64,000 nt of DNA from a bacterium (GCA_965216315.1 CBDCFN010000016.1:480001-544000), one strand, 5' to 3'. Numbered from the stretch's first letter, positions 44,876 to 56,978 are shown. Made by a program: numbers and translations. Notes: generated from the sequence alone by a model not told the origin.

Positions 44876-45664
44876 ATGAAGGGAACAGGCCTTCTAGGCA
44901 AAAAAATCGGCATGACACAGATATTTGATGATGCAGGGGCTTGTGTGCCCGTGACAGTCATTCAGGTCGGGCCGTGCACTGTGGTCGATAAAAAGACGCA
45001 GGAGCGTGACGGTTATTCGGCACTCCAGTTGGGTTACGAACCCATTGAGGATCGCAAGGTGAATAGGCCAAAGATGGGACATTTTAAGAAGGCAGGAGTG
45101 AAGCCGTTTCGCTATCTGCGTGAGGTGCGTCTTTCGGGCGATGATTTGGGGACTGTCGGTCAAGCGCTTGATATTAGTCTTTTTGCCGTCGGAGATAAGA
45201 TCGATGTAATGGGGACCAGCAAAGGTAAAGGCTTTCAGGGGGTTATTAAGAGACATGGTTTCAGTGGAGGTCCCGGTGCCCATGGATCTCATTTTCATCG
45301 CGTGCCTGGATCTATTGGTCAGTGTACTTCGCCGGGAGAAGTACACAAAGGGCAGAAGATGCCAGGGCGAACGGGTGGTAACAGCGTAACAGTTCGTAAT
45401 CTTCGTGTTGTTGCGCTTCGTGCGGATGATAATGTTCTGTTGATCCGAGGGGCTATCCCGGGCCCAAATGATGGAATTGTGTTTCTAAGAATGGATGAGG
45501 CGCTTTTCCAGGAACGGGCTCAAGCCGCAGTGCCGGCTGAAGTTGCTGAGGAGTCGGTAGAACAGGAAAGTGCGGCGGAAGAAGCCGTTACCGATGAGAA
45601 GCCAGCGGAAGCTGAAGGCGAAGCAAAAGATGAGCCCGAAAAAGCAACTAAGGATGAAGGCTAA
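44876..45664 (+). CDS. rplC: 50S ribosomal protein L3 with acidic tail
   Basis: GKKIGMTQ, KGKGFQG, GAIPG. Confidence 0.99.
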   Translation: MKGTGLLGKKIGMTQIFDDAGACVPVTVIQVGPCTVVDKKTQERDGYSALQLGYEPIEDRKVNRPKMGHFKKAGVKPFRYLREVRLSGDDLGTVGQALDISLFAVGDKIDVMGTSKGKGFQGVIKRHGFSGGPGAHGSHFHRVPGSIGQCTSPGEVHKGQKMPGRTGGNSVTVRNLRVVALRADDNVLLIRGAIPGPNDGIVFLRMDEALFQERAQAAVPAEVAEESVEQESAAEEAVTDEKPAEAEGEAKDEPEKATKDEG

Positions 45665-46290
45665 TGGCGAGCGTAGATGTTTATAGTCAGGATAAGAAAA
45701 AGCTTTCGTCAGTTGAGCTGAACGCAGGCTGGGATGGACCTGTCATGAAGACGACTGTCTTTGATGTTGCGCTTTGGCAGCAGGCCGGACGGCGTCGCGG
45801 GACATCGTCAACTAAATGCCGGTCGGACGTGCGGGGAAGCGGCCGAAAGATTTACCGCCAAAAAGGGACGGGAAATGCGCGTCATGCGGACCGACAGGCC
45901 AATATTTTTGTTGGTGGTGGGATTACTTTCGGTCCGAAGCCAAAGGACTGGAGTTTTGCCATCCCTAAAAAACAGCGGCGTGCCGCAATATGCTCCGTAT
46001 TGATTCATAAACTGCGTAAAGATAAATTGCGAGTCGTTGATACGCTTGATTTTGGCGAAGTTAAAACCAAAAAAGCCCGTGAATTTTTTGATAAATGGGA
46101 ACTTAAAAATGCCCTCGTTGTTTTACATGAGGCGAATGATTCTGTTGTAAAATCAGTCCGGAATATTCCGGGATTTAAAACCTGTGCCGCTCAGTCATTA
46201 AATGTGGCGGACTTATTACTCCATGATATGATTATTTTAACTAAGCCGTCATTGGAGATCGTTGAGAAGCAATGGGTGCAAAAAAGTTAG
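45664..46290 (+). CDS. rplD: 50S ribosomal protein L4
   Basis: RQKGTGNAR, GGGITFGPKP. Confidence 0.98.
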   Translation: MASVDVYSQDKKKLSSVELNAGWDGPVMKTTVFDVALWQQAGRRRGTSSTKCRSDVRGSGRKIYRQKGTGNARHADRQANIFVGGGITFGPKPKDWSFAIPKKQRRAAICSVLIHKLRKDKLRVVDTLDFGEVKTKKAREFFDKWELKNALVVLHEANDSVVKSVRNIPGFKTCAAQSLNVADLLLHDMIILTKPSLEIVEKQWVQKS

Positions 46291-46568
46291 AAACCATAAT
46301 TCGCCGACCGGTGATTACAGAGAAGAGCGCGCTGATGCAGCAGTATCAAAATGCTCATGTTTTTGAAGTTGAGCGCGCGGCGACTAAACTGCAGGTCAAA
46401 GAGGCCGTCCAAAAACTGTTTGATGTAAAAGTGTTGAACGTGCGGACGATGATCATGCCGAGAAAGTGGAAGCGTCATGGGCGCCAAGTGGGGCGAACGA
46501 GCCCCTGGAAGAAAGCTATAGTCACACTTGCTGAGGGGCAAACCTTAGAGGCGATTGAGCCTAAGTAG
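46272..46568 (+). CDS. rplW: 50S ribosomal protein L23
   Basis: PVITEKS, WKKAIVTL. Confidence 0.98.
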   Translation: MGAKKLETIIRRPVITEKSALMQQYQNAHVFEVERAATKLQVKEAVQKLFDVKVLNVRTMIMPRKWKRHGRQVGRTSPWKKAIVTLAEGQTLEAIEPK

Positions 46569-46576
46569 GATAACGA

Positions 46577-47404
46577 ATGCCGACAAAGAAATTTAAACCT
46601 TATACAGACTCGCGCCGCAACATGACGGTTGTGGACTATTCTGTGCTGACTAAAAAGAAGCCGGAAAAGGGTCTTCTTGCCAAGCTCAGCAAAAAGGGTG
46701 GACGCAATGTCTATGGGCGTAAGACCGTTGGCCAACGTTCCGGAGGCCATAAGCGCCGTTATCGGATTATTGACTTTAAACGTGATAAGCAGGGAGTGCC
46801 GGGCAAAGTATCGTCAATTGAATATGACCCGAATCGAAGCGCGTTTATCGCGCTTGTAACCTACTTCGATGGAGATAAACGATACATACTAGCCCCGAAG
46901 GGTGTTGCTGTCGGAGATGAGATCCTTGCGAGTGATGATGCTGAGATTCGTCCGGGTAATACCTTGGCATTGCATAGTATTCCGGTCGGGACGCAGATTC
47001 ATAATATTGAAGTCAGTCAAGGCCGGGGAGGTCAACTTGTGCGAAGTGCTGGTGGAGTCGCACAGCTGGTTGCAACTGACGGACCGTGGGCGCAGATAAA
47101 ATTGCCTTCTGGTGAAGTGAGGCGAATAGATGTTCGCTGTCGCGCGACTGTGGGTCAATTGTCTAATACGGAGCATGAGAATGTTACGATTGGTAAGGCG
47201 GGAAGGACGCGCTGGCTGGGACGTTCACCGCGTGTGCGCGGCATGGTGAAAAATCCGGTGGATCACCCACACGGTGGAGGTGAAGGCCGTTCCAAAGGTG
47301 GAAATCATCCCATGACGCCTTGGGGTAAACCGACGAAGGGTTACAAGACGCGCCACAATAAACGAACCGATCAGTATATTGTTCGTGATAGAAGGAGAAA
47401 ATAG
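46577..47404 (+). CDS. rplB: 50S ribosomal protein L2
   Basis: [19 protein letters not shown]. Confidence 0.99.
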   Translation: MPTKKFKPYTDSRRNMTVVDYSVLTKKKPEKGLLAKLSKKGGRNVYGRKTVGQRSGGHKRRYRIIDFKRDKQGVPGKVSSIEYDPNRSAFIALVTYFDGDKRYILAPKGVAVGDEILASDDAEIRPGNTLALHSIPVGTQIHNIEVSQGRGGQLVRSAGGVAQLVATDGPWAQIKLPSGEVRRIDVRCRATVGQLSNTEHENVTIGKAGRTRWLGRSPRVRGMVKNPVDHPHGGGEGRSKGGNHPMTPWGKPTKGYKTRHNKRTDQYIVRDRRRK

Positions 47405-47407
47405 GTT

Positions 47408-47674
47408 ATGCCGCGATCGCTAAAGAAAGGCCCGTTTGTCGATGACCATTTGGCGAAAAAAGTTCAGAAGGCCCAAGAAGATCAGTCTAAAAAAGTCATT
47501 AAGACTTGGTCGCGGCGCTCGACGGTAACGCCTGATTTTGTTGGTTTGACGTTAGCCGTGCACAATGGCCGCAAATTTGTTCCGGTGTTTGTAACTGAAA
47601 ATATGGTTGGTCATAAACTAGGTGAATTTGCTCCGACGCGTACTTTTAAGTCGCATGTGGGTGGACGGAAGTAA
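47408..47674 (+). CDS. rpsS: 30S ribosomal protein S19
   Basis: [15 protein letters not shown]. Confidence 0.99.
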   Translation: MPRSLKKGPFVDDHLAKKVQKAQEDQSKKVIKTWSRRSTVTPDFVGLTLAVHNGRKFVPVFVTENMVGHKLGEFAPTRTFKSHVGGRK

Positions 47675-47682
47675 GTATTATT

Positions 47683-48021
47683 ATGGAAGTAAAGGCGAAA
47701 TTAAGGCATTTGCGAATGGGACCGCGCAAGATTCGGTTGATAGCTGACGTTGTCAAAGGGCAGCCTGTTCAAGTAGCTCTTGATAATTTGCGTTACATGA
47801 GCCGTACTGCAGCACGCCCACTCTACAAGCTGATTCGTTCTGCTGTCAGCAATGCCGATCAAAAAGAAGGTGTTGATGTGGATACACTCTTCATTAAAAC
47901 GATAATGGTGGATCAAGGGCCTACTATGAAGCGGTGGTTACCCAGAGCGCGTGGTCGTGCCAATAGAATTTTAAAACGGACATCACATGTCACTGTGGTT
48001 CTGGATGAGAGGCAAGGTTAA
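47683..48021 (+). CDS. rplV: 50S ribosomal protein L22
   Basis: [15 protein letters not shown]. Confidence 0.99.
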   Translation: MEVKAKLRHLRMGPRKIRLIADVVKGQPVQVALDNLRYMSRTAARPLYKLIRSAVSNADQKEGVDVDTLFIKTIMVDQGPTMKRWLPRARGRANRILKRTSHVTVVLDERQG

Positions 48022-48026
48022 GAGGT

Positions 48027-48692
48027 ATGGGACAGAAAACACATCCAATCGGATTTCGCTTAGGTGTGACCAAGCAGCCTATGTCGCGTTGGTATTCACA
48101 GCTGAAGTATGCTGACTTTCTTCATGAAGATATTTTTGTTCGCGAGTACGTGAAGAAGCAGCTTTATCATGCAGGAATTAGCAAGGTTGGATTAGAGCGG
48201 GCGGGGGAGAATCTCAAGATCCAGGTTCACACAGCACGGCCCGGGCTTGTGATTGGAAAAAAAGGAACAGGCATTGATTCGCTGCGTGAAGACCTGAGGA
48301 AAAAACTAGGTCGAGACGTAACGATCAATATTCATGAAGTTCGCAAGCCTGAGTTAGATGCCCAGCTGGTCGCCGAGAATATCGCATTGCAGCTGGAGCG
48401 GCGTGTGGCCTTTAGACGTGCAATGAAGAAGGCTGTTGCTTCTGCCTGTAAGTTTGGAGCGAAAGGCATCAAGGTAATGTGTGCCGGACGGCTCGGCGGC
48501 GCTGAAATTGCGAGAACAGAATGGTACCGCGAGGGGCGTGTGCCTTTGCATACGCTTCGTTCGGACGTGGACTATGGAGTTGCGGAGGCGATGACAACCT
48601 ACGGCAAGATAGGTGTGAAAACATGGGTCTATCGAGGGGAAATTCTCGACATCTCCAATGCTGAGAAGGCCGCTGATAAGGGGGCAAATTAG
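48027..48692 (+). CDS. rpsC: 30S ribosomal protein S3
   Basis: [17 protein letters not shown]. Confidence 0.99.
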   Translation: MGQKTHPIGFRLGVTKQPMSRWYSQLKYADFLHEDIFVREYVKKQLYHAGISKVGLERAGENLKIQVHTARPGLVIGKKGTGIDSLREDLRKKLGRDVTINIHEVRKPELDAQLVAENIALQLERRVAFRRAMKKAVASACKFGAKGIKVMCAGRLGGAEIARTEWYREGRVPLHTLRSDVDYGVAEAMTTYGKIGVKTWVYRGEILDISNAEKAADKGAN

Positions 48693-48694
48693 CT

Positions 48695-49117
48695 ATGTTA
48701 ATGCCGTCACGCACTAAATACAGGAAGCGACATAAAGGGCGCATATATGGTCGCGCCCTTAGAGGGTGTAATTTGAGCTTTGGAGAATATGGTTTGCAAG
48801 CGGTTGGTCGCGGCTATTTGACATCACGTCAGATTGAAGCGGCTCGAATTGCAATGACACGTATGATCAAGCGCGGTGGAAAAATATGGATTAGAATTTT
48901 TCCTGATAAGCCAATTACAAAAAAGCCGGCAGAAACACGTATGGGTAAAGGTAAGGGGTCGGTTGAGGGCTGGTGTGCCGTTATAAAGCCAGGTCGAATG
49001 CTCTATGAAATGGAAGGTGTGCCTGAAGAACTGGCTCGAAAAGCTCTTTTGTTGGCTGCGCATAAATTACCGATAAGAACGCAAGTGATCACGAGGAGTA
49101 ATCACCGTGACGCCTAA
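48695..49117 (+). CDS. rplP: 50S ribosomal protein L16
   Basis: RQIEAAR, RMGKGKG. Confidence 0.99.
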   Translation: MLMPSRTKYRKRHKGRIYGRALRGCNLSFGEYGLQAVGRGYLTSRQIEAARIAMTRMIKRGGKIWIRIFPDKPITKKPAETRMGKGKGSVEGWCAVIKPGRMLYEMEGVPEELARKALLLAAHKLPIRTQVITRSNHRDA

Positions 49118-49316
49118 AGAATTGCGAGCAAAAAAAGATAAAGAGGTTAATGCGTTCATGGAAAAGTGGGCTGCTGAATTAGCCGTTTTGAAAATTCAAG
49201 CATCGGTAGGGCAGTGCCAAAAATCAGCAGATATTCCGAAGCTACGGCGAAACATTGCTCGTGCAAAAACGATATTGAATGAAAGGATTTTAAAGGATGC
49301 CGGAAGCGACAGCTAA
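49107..49316 (+). CDS. rpmC: 50S ribosomal protein L29
   Basis: [17 protein letters not shown]; position. Confidence 0.95.
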   Translation: MTPKELRAKKDKEVNAFMEKWAAELAVLKIQASVGQCQKSADIPKLRRNIARAKTILNERILKDAGSDS

Positions 49317-49584
49317 GCAGCGCCGTTACAGCAAGACACGGATTGGAATCGTGACGGGAGATAAGATGGACAAAACGGTTACCGTGTCGGTTCAACGCGC
49401 CATGAAGCATCGAGATTTTCATAAATCGATTCGCCGGCAGAAGGCGATTAAAGCTCATGATGAAAAAAATGAATGTCGCGTCGGTGATCGTGTGCAAATA
49501 GTTGAGACGCGACCGATCTCAAAAAATAAGTGCTGGCGAGTTCAAAAGGTTCTGGAAAAAGCAGCTCAAGAGGTAAATGCGTAA
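49297..49584 (+). CDS. rpsQ: 30S ribosomal protein S17
   Basis: KMDKTV, AHDE, ETRPISK. Confidence 0.98.
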   Translation: MPEATAKQRRYSKTRIGIVTGDKMDKTVTVSVQRAMKHRDFHKSIRRQKAIKAHDEKNECRVGDRVQIVETRPISKNKCWRVQKVLEKAAQEVNA

Positions 49585-49953
49585 ATGATTCAGCAGCAGT
49601 CAATATGTGAAGCCGCAGATAATTCAGGCGCGAGGCGCGTGATGTGTATTCGTGTGCTCGGTGGAACGCGTCGTCGTTATGCGAGCCTTGGCGATATTAT
49701 AGTCGTTTCGATAAAAGAAGCCTTGCCGAACTCGAAGGTGAAAAAAGGCGATGTCAAGAAAGCGGTGATCGTGAGGACGGCTAAGGAAGTGCGTCGTATC
49801 GATGGGAGTTATATTAAGTTTGATAAGAATGCCGTTGTTTTAATCAATGACGCGAAAGAGCCGATTGGGACCCGCATATTTGGGCCGGTGGCTCGCGAGT
49901 TGAGGGCCAAGAATTTCATGAAGATCATCTCACTGGCTCCGGAGGTTCTATGA
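49585..49953 (+). CDS. rplN: 50S ribosomal protein L14
   Basis: [21 protein letters not shown]. Confidence 0.99.
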   Translation: MIQQQSICEAADNSGARRVMCIRVLGGTRRRYASLGDIIVVSIKEALPNSKVKKGDVKKAVIVRTAKEVRRIDGSYIKFDKNAVVLINDAKEPIGTRIFGPVARELRAKNFMKIISLAPEVL

Positions 49954-50261
49954 TTCGTAAGGGTGACACAGTGATGGTGATCGCGGGAAAAGAGAAGGGC
50001 AAGACGGGTAAAGTTCTTCGTGTTGACCCTGTCCGTGAGCGTGCCGTCGTTGAAAAGCTAAATATGGTGAAGCGTCATATGCGCCCGAATCAACAGATGA
50101 AGCAAGGCGGTATCATCGATAAGGAGTCCTCGATTCATGTCTCCAATTTGATGCTTTATTGTCAAAAAACGCAGAAGCCCTCAAGGGTTCGTATTGGCAA
50201 GGATAAGAAGGGTAAAAAAGTCCGCGTGTTGATTCGCTCGGGTGAACAATTGAATTCTTAA
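49950..50261 (+). CDS. rplX: 50S ribosomal protein L24
   Basis: [19 protein letters not shown]. Confidence 0.98.
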   Translation: MIRKGDTVMVIAGKEKGKTGKVLRVDPVRERAVVEKLNMVKRHMRPNQQMKQGGIIDKESSIHVSNLMLYCQKTQKPSRVRIGKDKKGKKVRVLIRSGEQLNS

Positions 50262-50265
50262 GAGT

Positions 50266-50805
50266 ATGTTATATTCAGAATTTTACAAAGAAAAGTGTGT
50301 TTCTAAACTGCAGGAGCAGTTTAAATACACCAATGTAATGCAAATCCCACGCTTGAATAAGATCTCTATCTCAAGTTGTCGTAAAGAGGCTGTTCAGGAT
50401 TCAAAGATTCTCGAGCGAGTATCTGAAGAGCTGGGGCTGATTACGGGGCAGAAGCCAGTGGTAAGACGCGCACGTAAATCGATAGCGGGATTTAAGTTGC
50501 GTGAAGGGATGCCTATTGCCTGTTCCGTAACATTGCGTGGTTTGAAAATGTATGAATTTTTTAATCGCCTCGTGAACGTGGCACTGCCGCGAACGCGTGA
50601 TTTTAGGGGCGTTTCAAGGCACGGTTTTGACGGGCACGGGAATTATAGCATGGGTGTGCGCGAGCAGATTATTTTTCCGGAAATTCCCTATGAAAAGGTC
50701 GATCAAGTGAGGGGATTTAATATTACAGTTGTAACAACCGCGAAGACGGATGAAGAGGGCCTCGCATTGTTAAAGTTGATGGGGATGCCCTTCAGAGAAA
50801 GGTAG
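50266..50805 (+). CDS. rplE: 50S ribosomal protein L5
   Basis: ITGQKP, FKLREG, DFRG, IFPEI. Confidence 0.99.
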   Translation: MLYSEFYKEKCVSKLQEQFKYTNVMQIPRLNKISISSCRKEAVQDSKILERVSEELGLITGQKPVVRRARKSIAGFKLREGMPIACSVTLRGLKMYEFFNRLVNVALPRTRDFRGVSRHGFDGHGNYSMGVREQIIFPEIPYEKVDQVRGFNITVVTTAKTDEEGLALLKLMGMPFRER

Positions 50806-50813
50806 TCAAAAGG

Positions 50814-50999
50814 ATGGCAAGGAAATCATTAATCGCCAAGGCAAAGCGGCCAAGGAAATATAAGGTGCGCGAGTATAATCGTTGCCCCCTGTGTGGTCGG
50901 CCGCGCGCATTCATTAGGCGCTTTAAAATGTGTCGTCTTTGTTTTCGGTTGCGGGCGTTGAGGGGAGAATTTCCAGGCGTCGTCAAGGCTAGTTGGTGA
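50814..50999 (+). CDS. rpsN: 30S ribosomal protein S14, type Z
   Basis: 61 aa, CPLC..CRLC. Confidence 0.98.
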   Translation: MARKSLIAKAKRPRKYKVREYNRCPLCGRPRAFIRRFKMCRLCFRLRALRGEFPGVVKASW

Positions 51000-51009
51000 G
51001 GAATTTATT

Positions 51010-51408
51010 ATGAGTATGAGCGACCCCATTGCTGATTTGTTGACGCGGCTAAGAAATGCTTCGCGGGCTGGACAGGAAACAACAACTGTACCTTATTCGA
51101 GCTTCAAGGAAAATATTCTGCGAGTCATAGGTGAAGTTGGTTTTATAAAGAATGTTGAGGTTATCGGTGAGAAAGCGCGCAAACAGCTCGTTGTGACGCT
51201 TCGCTATGTTGGTTACAAGGACCCGGTCATTACTGGATTGAAAAGAGTCAGTAAGCCGGGACGGCGGGTCTATCGCGGTTCAAAAGATCTAGCCGATTTA
51301 AAACCAGGGATGGGTTCAGTGCTGTTGTCGACGCCGCAAGGTGTGATGACGGATGATCAGGCGCGTACTGCCGGGGTTGGCGGTGAAGTGCTCTGTCAGA
51401 TTTGGTAG
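51010..51408 (+). CDS. rpsH: 30S ribosomal protein S8
   Basis: DPIADLLTR, SKPGRRVY, GGEV. Confidence 0.99.
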   Translation: MSMSDPIADLLTRLRNASRAGQETTTVPYSSFKENILRVIGEVGFIKNVEVIGEKARKQLVVTLRYVGYKDPVITGLKRVSKPGRRVYRGSKDLADLKPGMGSVLLSTPQGVMTDDQARTAGVGGEVLCQIW

Positions 51409-51423
51409 ATTGGAGTCTATGTA

Positions 51424-51960
51424 GTGTCACGCATTGGTAAGGCACCTATAAAACTTCCGGATAAAGTCACGGTTAACGTGAATGATGGAGTCGTGGCGGT
51501 TAAGGGGCCGAAAGGAAATTTAGAATTGGCGCTGCCTCAGCTTGTGCAAATTGCTATCAAGGATGGGGAGGTTCAAGTGACGCGGACTTCCGATAGCAAG
51601 GCAGGGCGCTCACGGCATGGCTTAGTACGCAATTTGGTGAATAATATGATAGTTGGCGTGTCTGAAGGTTATGCGAGAAAGTTAGAGATTAATGGCGTCG
51701 GTTATCGGGCAGAAGTCAAGGGGAAGGATCTTGTTTTAAGCTTAGGGTTCTCTCATCCGGTAAATTTTAGTATTCCGGAGGGCGTAACGATTAAGGTTAA
51801 TAAACAGACAGAATTGCTTCTTGAGGGGATTGATAAACAGCTACTTGGTGAAACCGCAGCACGTATTCGTAAAGTGAGGCCCCCGGAGCCCTATAAAGGT
51901 AAAGGCGTTAAATATGCCGAAGAAGTTATTCAGCGTAAGGCCGGTAAGACCGCTGTATAG
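51424..51960 (+). CDS. rplF: 50S ribosomal protein L6
   Basis: SRIGK, GVGYRA, PEPYKGKG. Confidence 0.99.
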   Translation: MSRIGKAPIKLPDKVTVNVNDGVVAVKGPKGNLELALPQLVQIAIKDGEVQVTRTSDSKAGRSRHGLVRNLVNNMIVGVSEGYARKLEINGVGYRAEVKGKDLVLSLGFSHPVNFSIPEGVTIKVNKQTELLLEGIDKQLLGETAARIRKVRPPEPYKGKGVKYAEEVIQRKAGKTAV

Positions 51961-51983
51961 TATTTGTTAGGAGTCGATACAAA

Positions 51984-52343
51984 ATGGCATTTAATAGACA
52001 GAAGGCGCGTCAGAGACGACATAAAAGAATACGCAAGAAAATGGCCGGAAGTGCGGAGTGCCCGCGTTTTTGCGTTACGAAGAGTCTGAATCATCTAACC
52101 GTTCAGTTGATTGATGATGATAGCGGCCGTACTTTAGTTGGGCTTTCCACGACGTCGGCTGCGTTGCGTGATCAGGTTAAGCGAGGCAATAAAGAGGGGG
52201 CTCAGGTGCTTGGTAAGATGGTGGCGGAGAAGGCCAAAGCAGCAAAAATTGAGCGTGTCATCTTCGATCGCGGAGGGTCGATTTATCATGGTCGTGTTCG
52301 AATGCTGGCAGATGCAGCGCGTGAGGCGGGTCTTAAGTTCTAA
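51984..52343 (+). CDS. rplR: 50S ribosomal protein L18
   Basis: [18 protein letters not shown]. Confidence 0.99.
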   Translation: MAFNRQKARQRRHKRIRKKMAGSAECPRFCVTKSLNHLTVQLIDDDSGRTLVGLSTTSAALRDQVKRGNKEGAQVLGKMVAEKAKAAKIERVIFDRGGSIYHGRVRMLADAAREAGLKF

Positions 52344-52357
52344 AAAAGTAGGGAATT

Positions 52358-52879
52358 ATGGCAAGACGTGAGAAAGTAAAAAAAGAATTTGAAGAGAAGA
52401 TAGTCCATATTAGCCGTGTTGCAAAGGTGGTCAAAGGTGGACGTCGGTTTAGCTTTTCAGCGCTTGTAGTGGTTGGTGATAGTAAGGGACGCGTTGGTAC
52501 AGGCTTGGGTAAAGCCAAGGAAGTCCCAGAAGCGATACGTAAGGCGATTGAGCGGGCTGAAAAGAGTCTGATAAATGTTCCGTTAGTCGAGAACCGAACT
52601 TTGCCTCACGCGGTTATTGGGCGTTTTGGGGCCGCGCAGGTTGTTATTCGCCCCGCATCGCCGGGAACCGGTGTCATTGCAGGGGGTGCGGTGCGAGCCG
52701 TTATGGAATCAGCCGGTGTTCATGATGTTCTGACTAAGGTAATTGGAACGAATAATCCCCATAATGTCGTTAAGGCGACCATGCAAGGCCTCATATTGCT
52801 GAAAAATGCAGAAGATTACCAAAAGCGCCTTCAAGTCATGGGGGCCAAGGAAGAAGAAACGAGCGCGGCAAGCGCATAG
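52358..52879 (+). CDS. rpsE: 30S ribosomal protein S5
   Basis: [18 protein letters not shown]. Confidence 0.99.
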   Translation: MARREKVKKEFEEKIVHISRVAKVVKGGRRFSFSALVVVGDSKGRVGTGLGKAKEVPEAIRKAIERAEKSLINVPLVENRTLPHAVIGRFGAAQVVIRPASPGTGVIAGGAVRAVMESAGVHDVLTKVIGTNNPHNVVKATMQGLILLKNAEDYQKRLQVMGAKEEETSAASA

Positions 52880-52888
52880 GGTGTTAAA

Positions 52889-53335
52889 ATGGATTTAAGG
52901 GATTTTAAGCCAGCAAAAGCAGCGCGCCATAGCAAGAGGCGTGTTGGTCGTGGTAATGGTTCGGGGCGGGGCGGTACTGCGGGCAAAGGACATAAGGGGC
53001 AGAAAGCACGCTCAGGAGGCAAGACGATCCGCGGCTTTGAGGGCGGGCAGATGGCCTTGGCCAGGCGCATCCCAAAGTGGGGATTTACCAATATTTTTAA
53101 GAAGCAATATGTCATCTGCAATGTAGGCGACTTAAATAAATTTAAAGATGGCGAAGTCGTTGATCAGGCACTCTTGCTAAAGCAAGGGATGATACGTAAA
53201 GCGGGGAATCCGCTCAAAGTGCTTGGTGACGGTGAGTTGAAAAGTAAGATTACAGTGAAGGCGCAGCGTTTTACACGATCTGCTGAAGAAAAAATTAAGG
53301 CAGCTGGCGGACAAGTGGAAGTCATTCAAAAGTGA
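52889..53335 (+). CDS. rplO: 50S ribosomal protein L15
   Basis: RVGRG, KGQKAR, FEGGQM. Confidence 0.99.
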   Translation: MDLRDFKPAKAARHSKRRVGRGNGSGRGGTAGKGHKGQKARSGGKTIRGFEGGQMALARRIPKWGFTNIFKKQYVICNVGDLNKFKDGEVVDQALLLKQGMIRKAGNPLKVLGDGELKSKITVKAQRFTRSAEEKIKAAGGQVEVIQK

Positions 53336-53345
53336 CGAATTAAAG

Positions 53346-54650
53346 ATGGCCAGTAGCGTAGCGAACATTGCGAAACTTCCAGAGCTTAGAAAGCGGATAC
53401 TGTTTACCATCGCTTTGCTTGGTGTCTATCGAATAGGAATTTTTGTTCCGACGCCGGGTGTTAACGCCGATGCGCTTCAAAAGATTATCGGTGGCGGTAC
53501 GATCTTTGAAATTTTTAACATGTTCTCAGGTGGAGCGCTTAATCAGTTCTCTGTCTTTGCTCTGGGAATCATGCCTTATATCAGCGCATCAATTATCTTG
53601 CAGTTGTTGACAGTTGTTGTGCCGACTTTGGAGCGTTTGAAAAAGGAAGGTGAGCAGGGGCAGCGGAAGATAACTCAATATACTCGTTATAGTACGGTTG
53701 TATTGGCGCTGGTTCAAGGCTTTGGGATTAGCATGGGCCTTGAACAGCAAGGTGTGCTCCTGCCGGGAGCGGGTGGAATTACTTTCTACCTGACGACGGC
53801 ACTGACGCTGACGGCCGGTACTTGCTTTTTGATGTGGCTGGGAGAGCAGATTTCAGAGCGAGGCATTGGTAATGGGATTAGTCTGATCATCTTTGCCGGT
53901 ATTGTTGCGCAAGTTCCGGCTGGTTTTCGAGATGCTTGGACGACTAAAGACCAGTTTGGTGGTCTCTTTGGTTTTCTGTTGCTGACCGCGTTTATTGCAT
54001 TGATCATCGGTATTATTATCTTCTTCGAGCGGGCGCATCGAAGGATTCCGATTCAGTATGCAAAAAAAGTTGTAGGCCGAAAGCTTTATGGAGGAACCTC
54101 AACGCATTTGCCTTTAAAGATTAATATGTCGGGGGTGATTCCGCCGATCTTTGCTTCGTCGTTGATGCTGTTTCCTGCGACGATCGCACAATTTGTTCAG
54201 ACCGAGCGATTGCAGAATTTAGCCGGTTTATTGAGTTTTGGTTGGTTGCATCTTGGCCTGTATGTTGTGCTGATCGTCTTTTTCACCTTTTTCTATACGG
54301 CGGTTACTTTTAACCCGACCGATGTTGCCGAAAATATTAGGAAACAGGGGGGATTTATTCCGGGCATACGGCCAGGACAGGCGACGGCGGATTATATTGA
54401 CCGCATTTTGTCGCGTTTAACGACGGGGGGCGCTGTTTATTTGTCTCTCGTTTGTGTGTTGCCGGAGGTATTGATTACGCAGTTTGGGATCCCGGTCTCT
54501 TTGGCGTCAACATTTGGTGGAACGGCGCTTTTGATTATCGTCGGCGTGGCGATGGATACGTTGGCCCAGATGGAAGCGCATCTCATGAGCCGTCAGTATG
54601 ACGGTCTCATGGGGAAACAAGGCGGGCGGTTCAGGGGCAGGAAAGGATAA
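53346..54650 (+). CDS. secY: Preprotein translocase subunit SecY
   Basis: [34 protein letters not shown]. Confidence 0.99.
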   Translation: MASSVANIAKLPELRKRILFTIALLGVYRIGIFVPTPGVNADALQKIIGGGTIFEIFNMFSGGALNQFSVFALGIMPYISASIILQLLTVVVPTLERLKKEGEQGQRKITQYTRYSTVVLALVQGFGISMGLEQQGVLLPGAGGITFYLTTALTLTAGTCFLMWLGEQISERGIGNGISLIIFAGIVAQVPAGFRDAWTTKDQFGGLFGFLLLTAFIALIIGIIIFFERAHRRIPIQYAKKVVGRKLYGGTSTHLPLKINMSGVIPPIFASSLMLFPATIAQFVQTERLQNLAGLLSFGWLHLGLYVVLIVFFTFFYTAVTFNPTDVAENIRKQGGFIPGIRPGQATADYIDRILSRLTTGGAVYLSLVCVLPEVLITQFGIPVSLASTFGGTALLIIVGVAMDTLAQMEAHLMSRQYDGLMGKQGGRFRGRKG

Positions 54651-54653
54651 GCG

Positions 54654-55238
54654 ATGATGCGGCTTATAATGTTAGGCCCTCCCGGTGCTGGCAAAGGGAC
54701 GCAGGCGGAGCGGCTGGTCGAGCATTTGGGGATTCCGCAGATATCGACCGGCGAAATGTTACGGCAAGCGCGTGAGCAACAGACGGACCTCGGTAAGCAA
54801 GCTGAGAGTTATATGGTTTCCGGGGCGCTGGTGCCGGATGAGATTGTTATTGGCATCGTAAAAGAGCGGCTGCAGCAGAATGACTGCCGCACGGGTTATA
54901 TATTGGATGGCTTCCCTCGTTCCGTTGAACAGGCTAAAGCGCTTGATTCAACGCTGCAGGCACGTAAAGAGGCCATAACGGCGGTTGTTAGCTTACAAGT
55001 GCCCGAAGAAGAGTTGATTAAGCGGCTATTGAGCCGCAAACGAGAGGATGATAACGAAGAGGTTATCAGGGAGCGCCTTAAGGTTTATTCGCAACAAACC
55101 GAGCCCTTGATCGATTATTATCGTTCCCATGGGATTCTCAAGGAAGTTGATGGGACCGGGACGATGGAGCAGATCTTTGATAGAGTAGTGGAGGCTCTCC
55201 CCATAGGTGGGACGCCGACTCAGGTAAATACAGGTTAA
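54654..55238 (+). CDS. adk: Adenylate kinase (short-LID form)
   Basis: GPPGAGKGTQ, LDGFPR, RKREDD. Confidence 0.98.
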   Translation: MMRLIMLGPPGAGKGTQAERLVEHLGIPQISTGEMLRQAREQQTDLGKQAESYMVSGALVPDEIVIGIVKERLQQNDCRTGYILDGFPRSVEQAKALDSTLQARKEAITAVVSLQVPEEELIKRLLSRKREDDNEEVIRERLKVYSQQTEPLIDYYRSHGILKEVDGTGTMEQIFDRVVEALPIGGTPTQVNTG

Positions 55239-55244
55239 AGCACA

Positions 55245-55991
55245 ATGGTGATATTGAAGACGCCGGAAGAGGTCGAGAAGATCGCAGTGGCGGCTAATAT
55301 TGTGTTTCAAACGCTGAGTGCACTTGAGGAAAAGGTGCAGCCGGGAGTGACCCTGCGAGAGCTTGATCAGCTTGCCGAGGAGATTATTTTAAAGGAAGGC
55401 GCGATGCCGGCCTTTAAGGGATATCGCGGCTTTAAAGCGACGCTGTGTACCTCCGTTAATGAAGAGGTCGTGCATGGGATTCCGTCAGATCGGCCGCTAA
55501 AAGAAGGCGATATAGTCGGAATTGACTGTGGTGCGATTCGCGATGGTTTTTATGGAGATGCCGCTCGTACCTTTCCGGTTGGTAAGGTGAGTGAGGAAGC
55601 GACTCAGTTAATTGCAACGACGGCGGAGAGTTTGAATCGAGCGATTGAACAGATGCAGGTTGGAAATCGCTTGCACGATATCTCCTATGCGGTTCAGGAA
55701 TATGCGGAAAGCTGCGGATTTTCTGTGGTTCGTGATTTTGTTGGACATGGAATCGGACGGGATCTTCATGAAGAACCACCGGTTCCCAATTTTGGAAAGA
55801 AGAACACGGGGATTAAGTTGGAAGCAGGGCTGGTATTAGCAATTGAACCCATGGTTAATGTTGGGACCCAAGACGTTAGGTTGCTGGATGATGGTTGGAC
55901 AGTCGTAACTCTAGATGGCAAGCTCTCGGCCCATTTTGAGGACACTATTGCGATTACAGACAATGGGCCAAGGATATTGAGTAGAGGATAA
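55245..55991 (+). CDS. map: Methionine aminopeptidase type I
   Basis: [24 protein letters not shown]. Confidence 0.98.
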   Translation: MVILKTPEEVEKIAVAANIVFQTLSALEEKVQPGVTLRELDQLAEEIILKEGAMPAFKGYRGFKATLCTSVNEEVVHGIPSDRPLKEGDIVGIDCGAIRDGFYGDAARTFPVGKVSEEATQLIATTAESLNRAIEQMQVGNRLHDISYAVQEYAESCGFSVVRDFVGHGIGRDLHEEPPVPNFGKKNTGIKLEAGLVLAIEPMVNVGTQDVRLLDDGWTVVTLDGKLSAHFEDTIAITDNGPRILSRG

Positions 55992-56004
55992 GCGAGGTAA
56001 GACT

Positions 56005-56118
56005 ATGAAGGTAAGATCATCAGTAAAGAAAATTTGTGATAAATGTAAGGTAATTCGCCGCAAAGGCGTTGTGCGGGTAATTTGTTCAAACCCGAAGCAT
56101 AAGCAAAAACAAGGTTAA
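56005..56118 (+). CDS. rpmJ: 50S ribosomal protein L36 (below ORF-track cutoff)
   Basis: Hand translation [37 protein letters not shown]. Confidence 0.98.
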   Translation: MKVRSSVKKICDKCKVIRRKGVVRVICSNPKHKQKQG

Positions 56119-56138
56119 ATGAACGGAGTAATGAGAAT

Positions 56139-56525
56139 ATGCCACGTATAGCCGGTGTTGACATTCCAGCAAGAAAGCGAATTGTTATCTCGCTGACCTA
56201 TATTTATGGGATTGGCCGTGACACTGCGGATGATATTCTCCGTAAGGCGCAGATCGATTCGAGTACACGTGCAGAGGCGCTTTCGGACGCAGAGCTTGCA
56301 AGAATACGCGAAGTCATTGAGAACGATTATAAGGTCGAAGGAGATCTGCGTCGCGATGTAAAACAGGATATTAAGCGATTGGTGGATTTATCAGCCTACC
56401 GCGGAATTCGACATAGGAGTAATTTGCCCGTCCGTGGTCAAAGGACGAGTACCAATGCGCGTACGCGCAAGGGAAAGAAACGTGTTGCTATCGCAGGCAA
56501 AAAGAAAGCGCCAACTGCGAAGTAG
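56139..56525 (+). CDS. rpsM: 30S ribosomal protein S13
   Basis: [13 protein letters not shown]. Confidence 0.99.
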   Translation: MPRIAGVDIPARKRIVISLTYIYGIGRDTADDILRKAQIDSSTRAEALSDAELARIREVIENDYKVEGDLRRDVKQDIKRLVDLSAYRGIRHRSNLPVRGQRTSTNARTRKGKKRVAIAGKKKAPTAK

Positions 56526-56541
56526 TTAAGGAACTATTTAT

Positions 56542-56976
56542 ATGGCTAAAAAAGACGAAACAGTATCGACTGAATTAGAAGCTCCCAAGGTTAAGCCTAA
56601 AAAGACTCGTAAGAAGAAGGGGCGCAAGAATGTCGCTATGGGTATTGCGCATATAAGAGCGACCTTTAATAATACAGCGATTACGATTACCGATACGGCT
56701 GGAAATGCTATTTCATGGAGTTCTGCCGGGGCGAGGGGGTTCCGTGGATCTCGTAAGGGGACACCTTTTGCGGCCCAAGTGGCTTCTGAAGATGCGGCGC
56801 GGAAGGCGATTGATCATGGTATGAAGTCAGTTTCTGTCTTAATTAAGGGCCCGGGAGCAGGTCGCGAATCGGCTTTGCGTGCCTTAGGGATCGCAGGTCT
56901 TCGCGTAACATTTATTCGCGATGTCACGCCTGTTCCACATAATGGGTGTCGACCGCCGAAACGGAGAAGGGTGTAG
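56542..56976 (+). CDS. rpsK: 30S ribosomal protein S11
   Basis: [22 protein letters not shown]. Confidence 0.99.
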   Translation: MAKKDETVSTELEAPKVKPKKTRKKKGRKNVAMGIAHIRATFNNTAITITDTAGNAISWSSAGARGFRGSRKGTPFAAQVASEDAARKAIDHGMKSVSVLIKGPGAGRESALRALGIAGLRVTFIRDVTPVPHNGCRPPKRRRV

Positions 56977-56978
56977 TT

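Noticed and set aside
55992..56004. infA absent between map and rpmJ
   Set aside because: infA is often located elsewhere; not unusual
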